Of a DNA stretch of 64,000 nt, positions 49,952-61,473 are shown piece by piece. How positions within the stretch are numbered: the first letter of the stretch is position 1; the number at the start of each line of letters is the position of its first letter. A program made the position numbers and the translations under genes. Source of the DNA: Vicugna vicugna (taxonomy: Eukaryota); assembly GCA_013265495.1 (NCBI GenBank), contig MU061326.1, positions 2,420,001 through 2,484,000 of the forward strand, in the 5' to 3' direction. Under the pieces are notes generated by a model. It did no database searches and had not been told where the DNA came from. It saw only the letters and a list, made by a program, of their open reading frames with translations.

Positions 49952-50149
49952 GTACAAAATTGGATTCATTTGTAAAGCTTTGGTTTCTAGAGAAAAATCA
50001 AAGTCAGCACAAACATACTTTCATTTCCTGAGCACTCTGCTATGTATTCCTCAAAGTACGTTCAACAATATTTAGAGAGTGTCGACTATACACTGGTGAT
50101 TGGGATGTGTCTGTGAACAAAATGAGTATCTCCCTTGTCCTCCAGATAG

Positions 50150-50368
50150 CATGATGAAATAAGCTGGGAAGCCCTGTGTTAAAACACCTGGAAATATTTC
50201 TTCCCTGTGGAGACTTATCAGACCTGTTAATATGCTAATGGGTACTGTCTGTATCTAAGAAGGGGAAAGAAAATCTGTAGCTTTTCCAACATTTATTTTA
50301 TCAAGGGGCGTTTTTTTTTTTTCAATGAGGAGCATCCATCAGGACTAGTTTTTTGGAACAAATTGCTT
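50150..50368. mobile_element. MER103C-like hAT-Charlie element
   Basis: aataagctgggaagccctgtgttaaa...gacttatcagacctgttaatatgctaatg...ttttccaacatttattt. Confidence 0.7.
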
Positions 50369-50639
50369 CATGTTGATGATGGTTTTCATTCCTCTGTATC
50401 CCTGGGTCCTTACTGTGTTCCGTTACTGATCATTCTACATTTATGTCCCTCACCCCAGAGGCTGGGATGCTGTCTAACCCTGTTATTTAAGAGGCCTCAT
50501 TTGCTGGGGGCACTCCCTGAATTTTGAATAGCATGAGACTGACTAACATTGTCATTTGCATTTTCAATGCTTGACTAATATAAAAATAAAGATGACGTTG
50601 AAGTCAATGTCCACCTTCACACATGCGTCCTAACACACT

Positions 50640-50830
50640 GAGGTGAGTCCTCCCTGTGAAAGGCTTGATTCAAATCTTGAAACAACTACGTGAGGCAGCC
50701 GCTACTATTATCTTCAATTTTCCCGCTAAGGAAAGTGTGACACAGATAAGAAACTTGCCCAAGGCCACACAGCTCCCAGTAAAGTGGAGCTGAGATTCAG
50801 CCACAGCCAGGCTGCCTGGGGTCGTGGTTC
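50640..50830 (-). mobile_element. MIR SINE
   Basis: aacaactacgtgaggcag...tattatcttcaatttt...aaggaaagtgtgacacaga...aacttgcccaaggccacacagct. Confidence 0.75.
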
Positions 50831-51046
50831 TCTAAGTGTGGAACAGTCTCCTTTCAAGTCTCTGTATTTGCTGTTTTCTTGACCTGATTGTAAATGGCTC
50901 CCCCATCTCTCCAGTCAATTAAATCGTTCTCATTTGCTCAGTAAACAATTCTCGTCTTTTAGGTAGGGCCCTCGTTACCTGTGTTTTTCTGGTATTAAAT
51001 TAGTGAGTATATAAACTCTTCTGTATTGATCAATGATGTGTTTTAT

Positions 51047-51192
51047 GGGGGGAGGGTATAGCTCAGTGGTAGAGCACGTGCCTACCATGCATGAGGTCCT
51101 GGGCTCAATCCACAGGACCTCCATTAAAAAAGTAAATAATAAGCCTAATTACCTACCACCCCCCCCAAAATAACAAGATAAAATAAGAAAAA
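51047..51192 (+). mobile_element. tRNA-Ala-derived SINE (Vic-1 type), full length
   Basis: ggggagggtatagctcagtggtagagc...; perfect TSD gatgtgtttta 51035-51045 / 51193-51203. Confidence 0.95.
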
Positions 51193-51701
51193 GATGTGTT
51201 TTACATAGATCCTACTGTTCTAGAATTTCTCTGTTCCTTTTGACTTATTTTATCTAAGAAAGGAGAGAGCAGGGTGTAAAAGATGGTAGTGACCATATCA
51301 GAGAAAGCAGAGAACAGAGATGGTGGGTAAAATTATGTATGTGTGTTTATTTTTAAAAGATGGAATGGGTAGATACATGAATGACTGGGGCAGGGTTGGG
51401 GAAGGGAGCAGGAAGGGCAGCAAAGGAAAAGGCCCCCTCGTGTGTCCCAAAAATTACAGAGAAAAAAATACATGTTGAAGTATTTAGCCCACCTGACCCC
51501 CAATGGACCTTGATTGGGTTAAGCCACTGAGATCCAGGGATGATCTGCTGTGGCCACTAGTGTTACTGAGGGCACGTCAGCTACCGTCTTAGAGCATCCT
51601 GATGTCTGAGAATGAATGAGCTATTTCTCAGCAGGAAGTTAAAGAGCATGGACAGCAGGGCAGAGTATTCAGTAGTGAGGACAATTTGCGTTGCCTCTTA
51701 C

Positions 51702-51854
51702 CCCCAATTTGCCCCCTCAAAACTGGTATCTTGTTTGACCTGCACCCTCAAGTCGTGAAGATGTGAAATCCTTTAACACATAAAATGTTTCCTTAAGGAA
51801 TGTTATCATTGGAATGCAATGTGGGGCAATCTACATGGGAGGAGGGGACTGCCC
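51702..51854 (-). other. Candidate internal non-coding exon (153 nt)
   Basis: Minus-strand acceptor ttaatgtctggtgttttctttctgcag|GGG and donor GGG|gtaaga; stops in all three frames. Confidence 0.35.
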
Positions 51855-53274
51855 CTGCAGAAAGAAAACACCAGACATTAATTATTGCATATTCTGCTGT
51901 GCTTAGATGCTATGCGAACAACATGGAACAACTCTGACAAAATTTTACCCACGAACGTTGTTTTGAGGATCTCATGTCAAACTGCCACGTGTGTGCACAT
52001 TACAATTGAACAACAATTGTGCTCGTCCACTCCATTATGTGGGTGCCGAATACTGAAATAAAATTCCATGCTTAATTATGTGGTTGACTTCTTTTGTTTT
52101 AACGCTACTTTTTTTTTTTTTTTTGGTGGAAAGTTACTGATGGAGACTTTTCTGTGTGTACGTGTGTTCTCCATAGAAACAGTTCCTTTTTAAGGGGAGT
52201 AAATATTGAGGATTGAGGATCATTTAGAGGTCTGAAGCCAGGAATGTCTGCTTGGAGTCAATTGTATTTTCCTTCCCAACCCCCATAAATAGCTGAGGTT
52301 GTAGAAGTGATGTGCAGCGTGATTAGGGTTTACTGAGCACAAGGCATAAGATACTTACAAAGTTTTGGCATGAAACTTTGCTCTGCTATGCTAACATTCT
52401 ATACTTTTTCCCACACAGATCTGGGGGAAAGGGCATCTGGTTCCTTGTGTTGTTTGTGGATGGGCTCTTGCTAGTCTGTGGAATTTCTACTCTGTTATAA
52501 GCCAAAGCTTGAAGATACAGCACAAAGAAGCTCAATTCTTTCCATATTTAAGATCACTCATAATACCATATCTCCCCGAGCATACTGTTAAGAGTGGTTG
52601 AGTGGAATTTTCAATTCTCAGAATAATCTAACAAAATCATCTTTGTGGTTTAGATGATTGAGGAACCATCCTCTGAGAGGACTACTGAAAACAAGGGTCA
52701 CTCAAGAGACAGTTGGTTTAGTTTCCAAATGTAAATATACAAGAAGCCCTTGATTTTGGAAGCCAGTGAATGTAGCAAGGTAAAGTAGTTGGATGGGGGC
52801 AGGATATCAGAGACACCGGAGTCTTCCAGCATAAAGCAAGTGTTCTGAAACACAAATTTTATTTTAAACTGTTTGATTGCAAAAAAAAAAAAATGTGAAG
52901 AATTATCAAAGTGGCCAAGGTTCAAATCTAACACAGCAGCAACATGGTTTTTATTAGAGACAAAAAGCTCTACAAAATGGACACAAGAGGAGTAAAAGGG
53001 GTTTTCCTTCATAGTTTGCAGTAGTAAAATCTAGTTTCCAAAAACATACCCTCTTGCCCTCCAGAGGGTTACACTTTGGTAGACCAGCAATCTGGCCAGC
53101 TTTGTTTCACCATCTTTTTGGCTGTCTTAGCGCTCCAAAGTCACGTGTCTACTAATGACCACCCCCCTTAAGCTCCTGAGTGAATGTTCCTGGGCACCAA
53201 AGGGATTTGGCTCAGTTTAAAATCGCATAGATAATGGTGGGTTGGTGAGGGAAGGGATGGAAAGAGAGAGGCTA

Positions 53275-53500
53275 ATGTTATTTAAGACTCAGTTTGTGCC
53301 AAGAAATTTTTAAGCACTGTGTAAATCGTAGCTCCTTACTCATCAAAAAAGTCCCTTCATAAGGGATTATTAGGGTTGTTCCCCCTTTAGGGGATGATGA
53401 TCTGAGGCTTTAGGGGTTAATTAACTTCATCTTCGAGTAGCAATGACAAGACAATGTGACCCCAACTCATCAGACTCCAGGCTTGCTCCCTTCCCACCTC
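53275..53500 (-). mobile_element. MIR SINE
   Basis: ttatttaagactcagtttgtgccaag...gatgatgatctgaggcttt...ggttaattaactt. Confidence 0.55.
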
Positions 53501-53568
53501 CACACTTTCCTGGGCACACAAGTCTAGCTATAGCTTCCAAGCATGTCTTGGATCCTTCCAACCACCTA

Positions 53569-53593
53569 CACACACACACACACACACACACAC
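53569..53593. repeat. (CA)n microsatellite
   Basis: About 12 perfect AC units. Confidence 0.95.
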
Positions 53594-54009
53594 TTCCTGT
53601 GAAAGACTGAGAGTCTCAGAATCCAGGCAAAGACAAATCTCTGATGCCGGGGTATCTTCTACACAACTGTGTGTTTCCATGATTCATTACTCATTTCTTA
53701 CTCTTGGCTTAATTTACTCCAGTGTCCTCTAAGTCTTGGACCCTGCCAGAAACCTAAGCAGTCACTGGGGTCCAGCCATCCATGGTGGCTCTTGTCCCCT
53801 CTCCTTCACCTGTAATCCATCCTTACAGCTCAACCACTGGTAAGATCCATGCATGATGGAAAAACTTTCCAACAACATCTACCCCCCTGATCTGTCTTTT
53901 TGACTATACCTTTCCTTATGATTTCCTCCTTCCCATGTCCTATCTGTCAAATTGGGCCTCAGATATTGATAGTGACCAGAATCTTTCATGAGCTTAAAGG
54001 TAAGCCCAC

Positions 54010-54265
54010 AGAGATCACAAAGTCACCCTCATCAGAAACCACCAGACATTTGAATGAAACCATCTGAGACCTTCTGACTTCAGCTGACCTCCTAACTGAA
54101 TTGGATGTGACCCCTCACCTCACCTGCCAGCTGAGACCACGTGGAGTGGAAGGACCAGCCAGCTGAGCCCTGCCAACCCGTGATTCCATGATAAGTGCTA
54201 AGTCATCCTTGTTTCAGGCCACTATGTGTTGGGGTGGTTCGATACAGAAATACACAGCCGAGACA
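54010..54265 (+). mobile_element. MLT1H/I-class MaLR LTR 3' part
   Basis: ccacgtggagtggaag...ccagctgagccctgccaaccc...ttgtttcaggccactatgtgttggggtggtt. Confidence 0.7.
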
Positions 54266-54586
54266 AGTGTGTACCATGTGCCTGGCATCCTGCCAGCACT
54301 CAATATATATTTATTTCTATAAGTACTGGCAAAGATGTTGACTTCCATTGCCGAGTGTAAAAGTTCAAGAGTAAACACTGCTGGGAGAAGATGCCCTGAA
54401 TTCTCTAATTCACACCCTCCACTCTCACCTTGGAGCAGTTCCAGGGCAGTAGCTGAGATGGATGACAAAGAATCAGGGCCAGCCACGCACTTCTTTTTGG
54501 AAATGACTGCTGGGAATGGGGAGACGTGACTTTCAATTTCGCTCCTGACAGAATACTTCCTACTCAAGAGTGGGTTCAAGAATGAA

Positions 54587-54679
54587 GGGGGAAGGAAATG
54601 GTTCTGTGGTAAAGTGCATGCTTAGCGTGCATGAGGTCCTGGGTTCAATCCCCAGTACCTCCATTTAAAAAAAAAAAAA
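54587..54679 (+). mobile_element. tRNA-Ala-derived SINE, short form
   Basis: gtgcatgcttagcgtgcatgaggtcctgggttcaatccccagtacctcca plus A run; degenerate A box. Confidence 0.9.
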
Positions 54680-55690
54680 GTGAAGCTGTCTCTGTGTTTT
54701 TCTCTAATGATCTAACACTGTGTTCTTTCTGAAGTGCTATCATATACATCATTTACATCATGGCAACTACTTCCCTAGGTAACTGGTTATCTGCCTTCAA
54801 ATATTTATAAAAACTCCGCAATAACATGGCAGGACTTGGGCTTGGCAGTGACTCTAGCTGGTGACTAATATTCTTCTTTCTAAATTCCATGGATTAGATA
54901 CAGATTTCAACAAAAATGACAAATACTTCCCTGGAAGGTGGTTTAAAAAACAAACTTCCACATAAGATAATTGCATTCATTTTCAGAGACAACCACCAAC
55001 AGTTATGTTTTACAGAGTCTTTTTGTTTGGGGAAGGTCTTCCTTAAAAGGGATATTTAGTCTACTTTCTTTTGAACCAGCAAAAGCCCTTGGGTGGGCAC
55101 GTGAAGGAGGCCTTTGGGTAGTTCTTTCAGGCCCCCAGGAAGCCTGGGGGTAAATTGCTAAGTCACTGTTCAGAATATGATGGTCTGATGGCCTAGAGAT
55201 CATTTGAGTCCCTACAGGTAGACAGCTGTTAACTATCCGTGAGCTCCTCTGGCTCCTGGAAATAAACTGAAGATGAAGCTGTTTGCAGCTGCAGTTGACA
55301 GAGCTGCCATCTGCTTTGCTCCCTGGAAGCTCTGAGCCAAGGACTTTGCGTCTAACTGCTGCACAGCAGAGCGGGCAGTTTTCTGTAGGGAGCTGGCTTG
55401 AAGGTCACCTCAGCCCACCTCCAGAAGGCACTTCCAGAAAGAAGCAAGCGACAGCCCTGACCCTTTGTCTTCTATCTCAGCCATTATCCTGAAACTGCTC
55501 CCAGGACGGGGGAAGTCAGAGAATTCAAGAGAGCTTCTCTTCGGGCACTTGGACAGTGGGACCACTTACCCCTCCATGAAACTCTCTTTCCACCCATTGT
55601 GTGTCCTTCTCTTTGGGCTCTTGCCTTTGGAAAAACCACCTCTCACAGCAGCACTTCCTTCTGTAACTTTCAAATGTAGAAGCACTACAG

Positions 55691-56554
55691 TGTTGTCAAA
55701 CCCAAGTTCATGTGCCCGACACACCATGAGTTGGAGCAGAGAAAGGTTTATCACAAGGGCCAAGCAAGGAGAACAGGCAGCTAGTGCTCAAAAGACCCAA
55801 AGTCCCTGATGGATTTCAAGGAAGAGTTTTTATAGGTAAAATTGACTGGAGAGATTTGCAGGGCACGTAACCTCTTCTGATTGGTTGGCCGGCAGGCAAC
55901 AGAGTGATGTTCCAGTTATCTCAATCATCAGCCTTCTGGTTCCAACCAGTCTGGGGTTCTCATGCTTATGCTTAACCTGAAGTTACCACCTTCCACCTGC
56001 ATGGGGGCCTTAGTTCCTGCAGAAGAACTCGGTGATGGGTATCAAGTCGTTATGCACACCCTCCAGGAGGAGGAGGAGCCAGGAACCTTGCCCCATCTCT
56101 ACACTATTGTTTCTTTCTGCATTCCCTCCTTCCCCTAATTAGTAACTGTTTGAATCTGCCCTTTGGAACTCAGGGAAGGTCTAGGAAGCTGAAATCTTTT
56201 TCGTATAAATAAGAAACAGGAAATTCAAGGGGGAGGATATAGCTCAGTGGTAGAGTGCATGCTTAGCATGCACAAGTCCTGGGTTCAATCCCCAATGCCT
56301 CTGTTATAAATAAATAAATAAACCTAATTACCCCCCCAAAACAAAATAAGAAGAAATGGGGGACTCGAAAGGCATTTTTCTTTTTGCTGGGGGGGCCCAG
56401 CAGGGTCCTGCTCAGTTTCCATCCCCTCTTTTCTTCGATACTCCTCAATCTTGAGGGGAACAGGTTGGACAAGAAAGAGGATAACATTTTGCATAAAGAG
56501 GTTCCTCACAAACTTGGCGGGGGAACTTGGTTTTGGGGGGACTTGGTTTCAACA
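55691..56554 (-). mobile_element. ERV1-class LTR element with internal PPT, interrupted by a SINE
   Basis: Termini TGTTGTCAAACCCAAG...CTTGGTTTCAACA; on the minus strand CCAAT box (ctgattggtt ~55878) and TATA (tttttata ~55827); PPT-like 56422-56435. Confidence 0.82.
56229..56350 (+). mobile_element. tRNA-Ala-derived SINE (Vic-1 type) nested in the LTR
   Basis: gggggaggatatagctcagtggtagagtgcatgcttagcatgcacaagtcctgggttcaatcccc...aaacctaattaccccccc. Confidence 0.95.
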
Positions 56555-56805
56555 GGGCAGTCTTCCACTCTGCTTTTCTTTCTCTGAATCGTCATTGTTT
56601 GAGGTTTCCCTTTCAGCCCCTGCACTCCATCCATAGCCCCAACAAGCACACCGTTATTTCAATAGTATATCTCCAATTTACAACTGAATGTCTCCTTCTA
56701 GACTTCCTACTTTTCCCAAATCAGCATTTCTAAAGCGATATCAATCACATGTCTACATAAGTGACAGCCGACTTTGAATCTCCCTAACTGCTGACTCAAG
56801 TTTTT

Positions 56806-57100
56806 TCTTTTTTAATTGTCGTATAGTGAGTTTGCAATGTTGTGTTGATTTCTGGTGTACAGTGTAATGTTTCAGTCATACAGACGCATACGTATATTTG
56901 TTTTCATATTCTTAATCATTACAGGTTCCTACAAGATACTGAATATTGTTTCCTGTGCTGTGCAGAAGAAATTTGCTTTTTGTCTATTTTATATATAATA
57001 GTTAATATTTGCAAATCTCAAATTCCCAATTTATCTCTTCCCATCCCCTTTACGCCCCGTCCCCTGCCCCCGCTGGTAACTGTAAGTTTGTTTACTATGC
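56806..57100 (-). mobile_element. 5'-truncated young L1 3' UTR
   Basis: aattgtcgtatagtgagtttgcaatgttgtgttgatttctggtgtacag...; TSD ctcaagttttt 56795-56805 / 57104-57114. Confidence 0.93.
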
Positions 57101-58249
57101 TTTCTCAAGTTTTTGACTTTAGATGTCCTATAAGCTATTGACCTACTTAACTCCCAAGCCCAATATTGCAACCATAGACTAAAAGCTTCACCGTCTAACA
57201 TCTGGGCACTTGCAACAAGTTTCTGGTCCTTCTCCCTGTCTCACTATTTTGACCTTCTAAGACCTCATATGCATTGCTCCCTGCAGGGATATTTCTAATG
57301 CAATTCTTCCCGCTTTACGCTTCTGTTCAAAAATCTCCGATCACACCCCATGTTCAGTATAAATGCGTTCACACTGACATTCAAGGTATTTCACATCATG
57401 GCTCCCAACCAACCTACTGGCCTTGTCTCCAGCCCATGTCTAGTACTAACATCGTCTAGTACTGACTGAACCACTGTGGGGGACAGTCCCAGAGAGGGTG
57501 CTGTTGCTGGGGAACGCCAGTGTGACTGTGACACCGTGGTGTTGCGCAACGCAGAGCACCTGGTCAGAAAATGCCGCACACACCTCTTCCTCGGGGCCTT
57601 TGGCTGCTCTATGCATCCCCTTTCTTCTACTTCTTTCTTGTCTTTATTCTCCCTTCAGCTTCTCAATCTCTAGCCCGGTATCCTGTCTTCTTGGGAAGGT
57701 CTCTCTCATCTGCCCCCAGCCCAGAGACCTGGAGCAATTTATCAGTGAAATCATTCTTTGGCACTTAGACCTTCCACCCAACACTTTTCGATTTGGCCAT
57801 TCTTCATGTGTGCAATCCATTTATGGGACCAGAATAAAAGTTTCGAGAGAACAAGAGCTGCTCTGAAATTACGTGAGGCTTCCATGTCATTGATAATGCT
57901 GCTTATGATGACAATTTCCAATATTTTTCTCACACAGATACTATAGCTTTAACCAAGAAATCTTTTTTTTTTTTTTGGTACTGTCTGGGCAGAAAGATTT
58001 GAAAAAAGAGAAGAGATCATTGTATTCTCCACAGTCACACACAGCCTTTCTCTTTACTCTTAATATTTAATTTTATATTCTAATCAATTGACTCACATCA
58101 GCTATAAAGCAAATGCGAATGTCAACCAGCCAGTTCAGGGCTGTGGAAAACCTCTCTAAGGGCATATGGCGTTGCTGTCCAACTTCACTTTGAATTCTCT
58201 CCCACCTTGGCGCTGCCTCTACCTGATTCTCTTCCCATCCCTTCCTTTT

Positions 58250-59432
58250 CACCTCCTTGTTTGGATGATCTTTCTTGTCTTGCTGTTTCCCCCCACACCT
58301 TTCCTTTGGTCTTCTTATTTTCTCACTCCACTTACTCAAGGAGGATGGTTCCCAAGCCTGTCTCCAGGAGTGACACCTTTCCAAAGTGCCAGACACATAT
58401 CCTCTACTGCCAACTGGAAACTTCTTCTTGGCTAATCTTTAGACAATTAAACTCAACACCTCCTCCTTTCTGCCCTCCTTCTGTCTGCATCTGTCTCGGT
58501 TAATGGCACTGCCATCCTCTCAAGCTAAGGGCTCCAGGTCATCATTCTCTTCCTACTGTTTCTCCCTCCCAACACGAGTCTTGGTCTCCTATAGCTTTTA
58601 ACCTCTTAAATGTTTTTTTCTCCTTTCCATTCCTGCCATTCTGTCTTGATTCAGGTTCTTTGCATTCATCAGGGTAATTAACACTCCCTGCTATAGCTGT
58701 CAAACTTGGAAGTCCTAATGGCTTAAAATAACAAAGTCTTGTTGTTATGGGCTCATGCAAATCTGACACAGGTTGAGTGATGTCCAAGAGGTGCTCCTCC
58801 AGGTGGTGGTTCATTATCCAATCGGTGTCCTTCCTGTGAGTCTGCCACTTGCACACACGTCTCCATGATCTCTGATGAAAGAGAAGAGAGAGGAGAGGGA
58901 CAGTAAACAGGGAGTGAGGCAACTTGGAAGCGGATGGAGAAGACGTGGCAGACCATTGGCCAGAAGTGGTCACATGATCTAGCGGATCTCCAGGAGAGGC
59001 TGGAAAATATGGCAGCATGGAATTTATCGTGAACACTAAGTGTCTCCAATACGCTTTTCCTTTCTCATATCGATTATTGCCACTTCTTCTAACTCGTTTC
59101 CCTACTTCTAGTTTCCTGTTCTACTCAGATACTTTCACCGGAGAGGTTTTATTTATTAAATTTATTATTTCCTTTTTTGTTTGTTTTCATTTTTGTAAAA
59201 TACAAAACTCATCATGCCACTTCCCATTCAGAATCTATCCATGGCTCTCCACTCTTCATGGAATAAAATATGTCATCCTCCAAAATCTGGCTTCCATCTA
59301 CTTTGCCCACTATACCTCCTCATCTACAACCCTTAGCTAGAACCACACCAGACAAAATACTTCCTGGACATTCAGTTCATTCTTTCGCTTTCATGCCTTC
59401 GTGCATATGGTACCCTCTTCCTGGAATATGTG
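58250..59432. mobile_element. L2 fragments split by an MLT1 insertion
   Basis: ctgtctcggttaatggcactgccatcctc, aaaatacaaaactcatcatgccacttccc...ccatggctctccac, cctcttcctggaat. Confidence 0.6.
58670..59052 (-). mobile_element. MLT1J-class MaLR LTR
   Basis: aatggcttaaaataacaaag...gctcctccaggtggtggttca...ccattggccagaagtggtcacatg...ggagaggctggaaaatat. Confidence 0.75.
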
Positions 59433-61249
59433 GAAAATGTAATTCGAATGTGTTTTGATTTTGCTCTGAATTGTTATGTTAATGTAAACATTGAATGTGA
59501 GTCCATACAGAGAAAAAAAAAAAACGCCTATATGAGTAAACAAATCCAATCCTTATATAGTTTCCCCTTATCTTAGGAAAACAGACTTAAAGTTTAGTTT
59601 ACTTTTTCTCTCCTTGAATGAAGAATGTAACCACACTTGGCCACAATTCCTTCTCTATGAATACTCTAATCCCTCAAAAAGCCCGTGGTGAATGATGCTG
59701 CTTCTTTGAAGACAGGTTCCAGATCCCTAATGAGACTATTAGAGGAAAATTTGGAGACACTTAACAGCTGATGAATTTCATATAAGAACCAGAGTATTTC
59801 CCTTCTGGTTCAATCCATGACCACACCAGCCTGCTTTTGCTGCCAGGAACTACCCGGGGGACTAGGTTTATATCTGGATGTAGAGGAAGATGAGATTTTT
59901 GCTGCTGACAGCCTAAGCCACTAGGAGATGTGATTATTCAAACACGGAATAAGGAAGGTTCCCTTGGGGAGCCAGGCTGCATTAGCAACAGCCCAAGGAA
60001 TTAGTGATAAGGTAGTGTAGCCTGGTGGGAGCAACCAGGTGTCTGAAGGCAGATGAATCCAAGGTCAAGTCTACCAAGAAGTCTTATAATCTCCAGAGGT
60101 CACTTAACCCTTCTAAAGTGTAGGTTTCTCATCTGCCTCTCTTTCAGGAAGGGGGTGGTAATTACCGAAAACAACAAATGTGTGGCGGATTAATTTGTGC
60201 GATGTTCATTTGTACTTGCTCTCTGCATCTCCTCCCCACCACACGTACATCACACTCAAACACAATCCAGTCTTTCGACTTCCTTAAGTCAAGGATTTTT
60301 TGTTGCACGAAGGAGAAGTCACTGTCTCTGTAAGAGCATCCCTGTTCTTCTTCCCTGCCGAAGTTCACAGAAGAGGCACCACTCCAGGAGGAGAGTGAGC
60401 ACGGAAGGCAGAGAGAACTGGAGGCTGGAAGATGAAAGGGAAATTAATCATGGACTTTTGTGTGGCGGTGTCCTGAAAAGGCAGTGAGACCTCAGAGGGT
60501 GCCCGAAGGAAGGCTGAACAAAAGACCAATGGGATCTCAGCCTCTCCAAACATATCTGGGCCCCTGGTACCCTGTCAAGAGCCCAGGGATGCAGGAATTT
60601 CAGTTTTTAGCAGCAACAAGTGTAGCTTGAAGACAGGGAGCTAGAGGCATCTTTTATTATATAGGATGACCATAGCCATGATCGATAATGAATTTCTCTA
60701 CCAAGCAGGTAAGCTGGAGATTGGGAATCTGAGAAAATCCCGAAATACAGTGTTGCTTGTGCCCCTATGTTTCAGATTAAAGGGTTTATATGCTACCAGT
60801 GTAAAGTCCCTCACACTTGGTGAGCCTTCAGGGGATGAATGTTCATGCCCTCCTCCTGCTGCTCTGGGCAGGCTGGCAAGTGCTCACACGGGTCTGCCTG
60901 TAGCACCACGTTGGCCCAGACCTCAATGCAAGTTCTTATCACACACTAAATCTTTCTATCAAAATCATAGTCAAAGCTTATGGGGCAAAATTCCTAAGAC
61001 AGGGAAACAATTCAAAAATCTCAGAAGGATGAAACAGTAAAGATACACAGCCGTTCTCAGGTTCAGTGTCCCAGAGGGCTGGACATGCATCTTTGGAGCA
61101 AGAGAATTAATTCTCTAATTACTTACTTTCTATGGCATTTTGTTCAAGGCTTGTCTTCAAGGCAGTCCTCATGAAGGCAAGACTTGAGGGAGGTGGGGAG
61201 ACCAACCACCAGGTTGTCATTACCCCTCCTGTCCCTTTTAGTCCTAGAT

Positions 61250-61473
61250 CAGAGGCCAGCAAACCACAGTCCCCGGGTCAAATCCAACCCAGTGACCAGT
61301 TTTGTAAATCAAGTGTATTGGAGCACAGCCCTGCTCATTTGTTTACCTGTGGTCTCTGACTTCTGTTGTACTGTTTCATTGTAGGGCAAAGTTGAAGAGT
61401 TGCAACTAAATGGCTTACAAAACCAAAAATATTTACCACCTGGCTCTTTACTGAGGATGTTTGCCGACTCGCG
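61250..61473 (+). mobile_element. MER58A hAT-Charlie MITE
   Basis: TIRs cagaggccagcaaac...gtttgccgactcgcg; internal ttttgtaaatcaagtgtattggagcacagcc; 8-bp TSD-like tcctagat / ttctaggt. Confidence 0.9.

Noticed and set aside
51387..51406. G-quadruplex motif (others near 7621 and 62624 on the minus strand)
   Set aside because: Common in mammalian DNA; no supporting context.
4858..56798. About a dozen AP-1 (TGASTCA) sites
   Set aside because: Roughly 8 expected by chance in 64 kb, and they are not clustered.
58542..59036. 164-aa minus-strand ORF
   Set aside because: Lies across MLT1J and L2 fossils.
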